Origin: Glaucostegus cemiculus
Lineage: Eukaryota
Assembly (NCBI GenBank): GCA_976551045.1
Contig: CDPCPM010000033.1
Span: forward strand, 25,668,001-25,732,000
Direction: 5' to 3'
DNA length: 64,000 bases
The position numbers and the translations under genes are program-made. Position 1 is the first letter of the stretch. Every line of letters begins with the position of its first letter. Below, in pieces: positions 60,355 to 64,000 of the stretch. The notes below the pieces were generated by a model, which saw only the letters and a program-made list of their open reading frames with translations, had not been told where the DNA came from and ran no database searches.

Positions 60355-60560
60355 GGAGCAAAAAAAAGCTGGAGGAACTCAGCAGGTCAGGCAGCATCTG
60401 TGGAGGCAGAGGGATTGTTGACACTTTGGTTCAAGACCCTGCATCAGGACTGTTTGACTTTTGTTTTGGTTCTGATGAAAATTCCAAAGTATTAACATAA
60501 TTTCCTTTTCGCTTGCTAACAGACTTTCTGGGTATTATCAGCAGGTTTTCCTTTTTTTTC
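60355..60560. mobile_element. Divergently oriented pair of Penelope-type repeats, each with a decayed hammerhead core (minus 60355-60452; plus 60468-60560)
   Basis: Minus strand CAGTC-CTGATGC-AGGGTCTTGAACC-AAAGT-GTC-AACAA; plus strand GGTT-CTGATGA-AAATTCC. Family body 'gctggaggaactcagcaggtcaggcagcatctgtgga'. Confidence 0.7.
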
Positions 60561-63500
60561 ACACTCACTCAGGATTAGCTTCAACTTTAAAGGGACTCTG
60601 CACTTAAATTGGACATTTTCCAGTATCGGTAGCACACACAGCTATAGATCCTGAACACATACCTTAGCAGTGAAAGGAAGACTTGTCCTTACCCTGGCCT
60701 CATATTAAGTGACTTATCCTCAAATGTACAATTTATTCCACCAGCACAGTTAAGTATTACAAGACCAGACATACCAAAAAGGTCCTAAAGATCTATACAG
60801 AAAATCTTTCTTTACTCAAAATGTATTGCAATATCATAAATGGAAGCATATGATGTATCTTTATTATATCCTTTAGATATAACTATCCAGATTGTTCCTG
60901 TCCACCGTGTGTGGCCTTGGATACAGCTATTAACTGAAAGTTAAGGTACCAGATTAAAGGCTTTTCAATTTAAGTGCCTTTGTTTAAACGACATTACCAT
61001 CCGTTAATGTGATGTTGTGGTGATCTTTTGTGACCTGCAGTAATTAAAATGTGAACACATGCCTTTTAGCTGCAAAGCTGGCATTTTCATTCATTACATT
61101 TTTGTCTCTGAATATTCAATTCCAACACAAAATAAATGCATTCAGAAGAGAATCAATCAAGAAGGAAGCAAGAGACTACAGTAGTCGAAGTAAGTAGTTT
61201 GCTTGAATATCAAAAGATTGCCTTATTCTCAAGAATGCTATTTTAAAGAACTCCCGGAAAATAGATTAAAACTAAATAACTCTATAGTAGTCAAAAAAGA
61301 CAGGATTATAGTAATTTTCAAAAGTTTACGAATCTTTATGATGTCTCTGTGTTTTTGACTTCCCTTTTACATTTACCCCTGGTGGGGAGGAACAGTCTGG
61401 TTTGATTCCTAAGAAACATAACTTAAAACATTGCCGTTCTGCTGAGTAGGGAGTGCTGCTGATAAGTGATTCATGTTGGATTTACTCTCCTAAAATGTAA
61501 ACAAGAACAGAGGAGTTCCTTTCAGGCAGCTGTAAAAGAGCTTGAACTTTTATGACAACTTTTATGGTGTCAGATCAATCCTGCTGCTTTTGGATGAAAA
61601 GCCAGTGCAGAAGTGGAGGTATCTACTTAGCAGAAATTGTAAGATAAATAGACAGCAGCAGGCAATGTACTTTCAGGCAAAGATGTTTGCTCCCATAAAT
61701 GTACAACAGTATGCTGTGTAATCAGTCTGTTTATGCTTAGGGTGTAAAGTCCCATTTCGTCCACTACAACCAAAGTGCGTGCTGCCTGTCTGTGTGACAT
61801 TCCAACCTTATCAACCTGTTTACCAGACACAGGTCAGTCACCAGCCAGTGTGACTTTGCACTTAAGACTTGAAAGAATAAACATGATTATCTCCCTGAAG
61901 CACACAAGCAAAGATGCTTTCTAAACACACAGCAAGTGTAATTGAAATCGTTCTGCGACTTGTCCTCTGGTTATGTATACACTTGACACAGAGGTGAAAG
62001 TTTATACTTTAATTATACGCCGTCTAGTGCATGGCACCATTTATCATGTAAAAGTGATCCTATTAGAATACTATTGAGCTGGTGACATTTCTTTACACAC
62101 AAACTAATGTCCTGTTCACATGGAAGATTGAATTCTCTTCACTTCTATTAGCCCAAACTCAATTCTATCACCTGGATTGCTTACATTGCACCTTCCTCCC
62201 AAACAAACCATCACTGAGTGGTAACCAGTCACTACCTGATATACGTATTATGTTGTAGAAGGCGACAGAAAATTAACAGGGGTGCAGTTTTTCTGCTTCT
62301 GCTAGTATGAATTTTGATTCCAATCTCTTTTAGAATTGAAAACACCTAAACACCAGGCATTTTCTCTCTGCAGTAAAAAGCAAAAAGGTTCTGCCTTGCT
62401 TATATAAAGTATTTTAATTTAAAACAGCTGAAAATGCAGTACACAAAACAAATTAGCAGGTGCCCTGTAAACAGAGGGTCGAGAGCTAATGCATTCATAT
62501 AATACAGAAAAAAAGCCACAAAATGGAGGAAGATGCAATGAATATGTCATGTGATAATGAATTCTTCCTTCGTTTAATCCCAGCAATGAAATCACAGTAG
62601 AACTGCCTAGATCTGGATGAATGCTTACAGACATAACAATAAAAATGGCGCCAGGCAAGCTACACTGTGTAGGAATGTCAAAGCCAGCTGTTAAAGATTG
62701 TGCCACTTCAGTAAGCAGACACCATTTCTGTACTGACAATCAGTAACACCCCATCTTGTATGAAGAGTTATGAAGAAAAGAACAGTTTCAAAAAATCATA
62801 GATAGAAAAGTTGCCTTCACACATCCATGAATTGGCTGTCTGTGATGTCTCTCAGAGCCTGCAATACCAACAAATAAAAAGCTTCTCAGCATTCTCTCAC
62901 ACCAATTAGAGCCGTTCATCCTCACTGGAATTGATGTGTGTGCATCTGTGGTCACATAGCTAATAGTAAGCTGTCAATTGGAAATAAATAACAGGGTTAT
63001 TTCATACTATTCTTGATCTAATCATGATATCTTTAAATTATTGGCAGCGCTGTAGAAAAACCTTGCTGTCAGTCTTCTATGCACAGGCTCAAAACAACAG
63101 ACTTACATTGAGGAATGGCAGGAATTCAGTGGTTTGGCTAATTTGCACAAGAAAATGAATAAAGGTAAACTGAGATTTTATATGCATCTTGCCAGTGTGT
63201 CTGATATCTGCACTGAGTGTGAGGCCACTAAAATGTACAGAATGATGCAGCATTCGGTTCATTGATTAATGGTAGCCGAAGCGTGCTATATTAGCAGCAC
63301 CAATGTGTTCCCTTAACTGGTGATTATAACTAATGTAATTCAAGCAACTACCTTTTGTATTCATTAGTTTTGTTTAAATATATGGAGAGATAAATAGGGG
63401 AGAGTGGCTATTCTGGGTCCATGCCTTTCCCACCCATCTCTTAGACTTACTATTGACCCTGTATATTACCAACATTAGGCACAAAATATGTCTCCATCAT

Positions 63501-64000
63501 TAGACTGAGTTACATTTAATTAAAAATTCTAGTGATGTCTGTCGCACAGGTCAAATTGCTTCTGTTGATAAATGCAATAATTCTGGTACGTGTTGCTTTA
63601 ATTTGCTGTCTATTTACTCATGCAGTAGCAATTAACTTTCATTACATTATTTTGTGTGATTACATTCTTAATTGCTTGTATTAAGCATCCATTTGATATT
63701 TATTAATAACCATACTCTAAAACCATGCACTGTGAAAATACAAATTGTTCAGAATTTCCATACCAGTCATTATAAGCAAAAGCTTAAATGCAAGTTCTTT
63801 CAAATCTGAACTATGTAGTGATTGCACAGACTTTAAAAAATAGCACTCATGTGCTAAGGTTGTACCATTCACTAACTGTTTTGTGTACTTAAACGGCAGC
63901 ATATCCGGTTTATACAATGCAATTAATGTCCCCCACCTTTTCCAATTGTAGAATAAATTATTTGGACTGCATTCTGCACTACACTGTCCAAACCTTTTCC

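Noticed and set aside
792-63917. The many 60-130 aa ORFs in the track as genes
   Set aside because: No recognisable host protein domains. Many use non-ATG starts, overlap on both strands or lie within decayed repeats, as expected by chance in eukaryotic non-coding DNA.
1-64000. CRISPR array, operon or prokaryotic defence system
   Set aside because: No regularly spaced repeat-spacer array and no dense coding. The sequence is vertebrate repeat-rich DNA.

Overview
AT-rich, intronic or intergenic vertebrate DNA. The repeat content points to a cartilaginous fish, probably a ray or other batoid; this is inferred from recalled family signatures, not from a database search. No host protein-coding gene can be identified, and nearly all ORFs in the track are chance ORFs or pieces of decayed retroelements. 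Much of the window is nested transposon debris: many CR1 LINE fragments (one young 1.3-kb copy with an open RT ORF), a second CR1/L2-group LINE family ('family B'), L2, Rex1/Babar, an L1-clade 3' end with a 10-bp TSD, an RTE/BovB-like LINE with a 5' inversion, a Vingi/Ingi-like LINE, tRNA-derived V-SINEs and Deu-type SINEs, a fossil two-gene PIF/Harbinger transposon, and short Penelope-type repeats carrying minimal hammerhead-ribozyme motifs. The main features not explained by known families are a 124-bp, 96%-identical direct repeat with a two-hairpin fold (55781-55904 and 59274-59397) and a few well-formed splice-site pairs, including a 12-nt microexon candidate (54366-54377). I found no clearly new multi-gene system. 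Boundaries of old elements are approximate (tens of bp).
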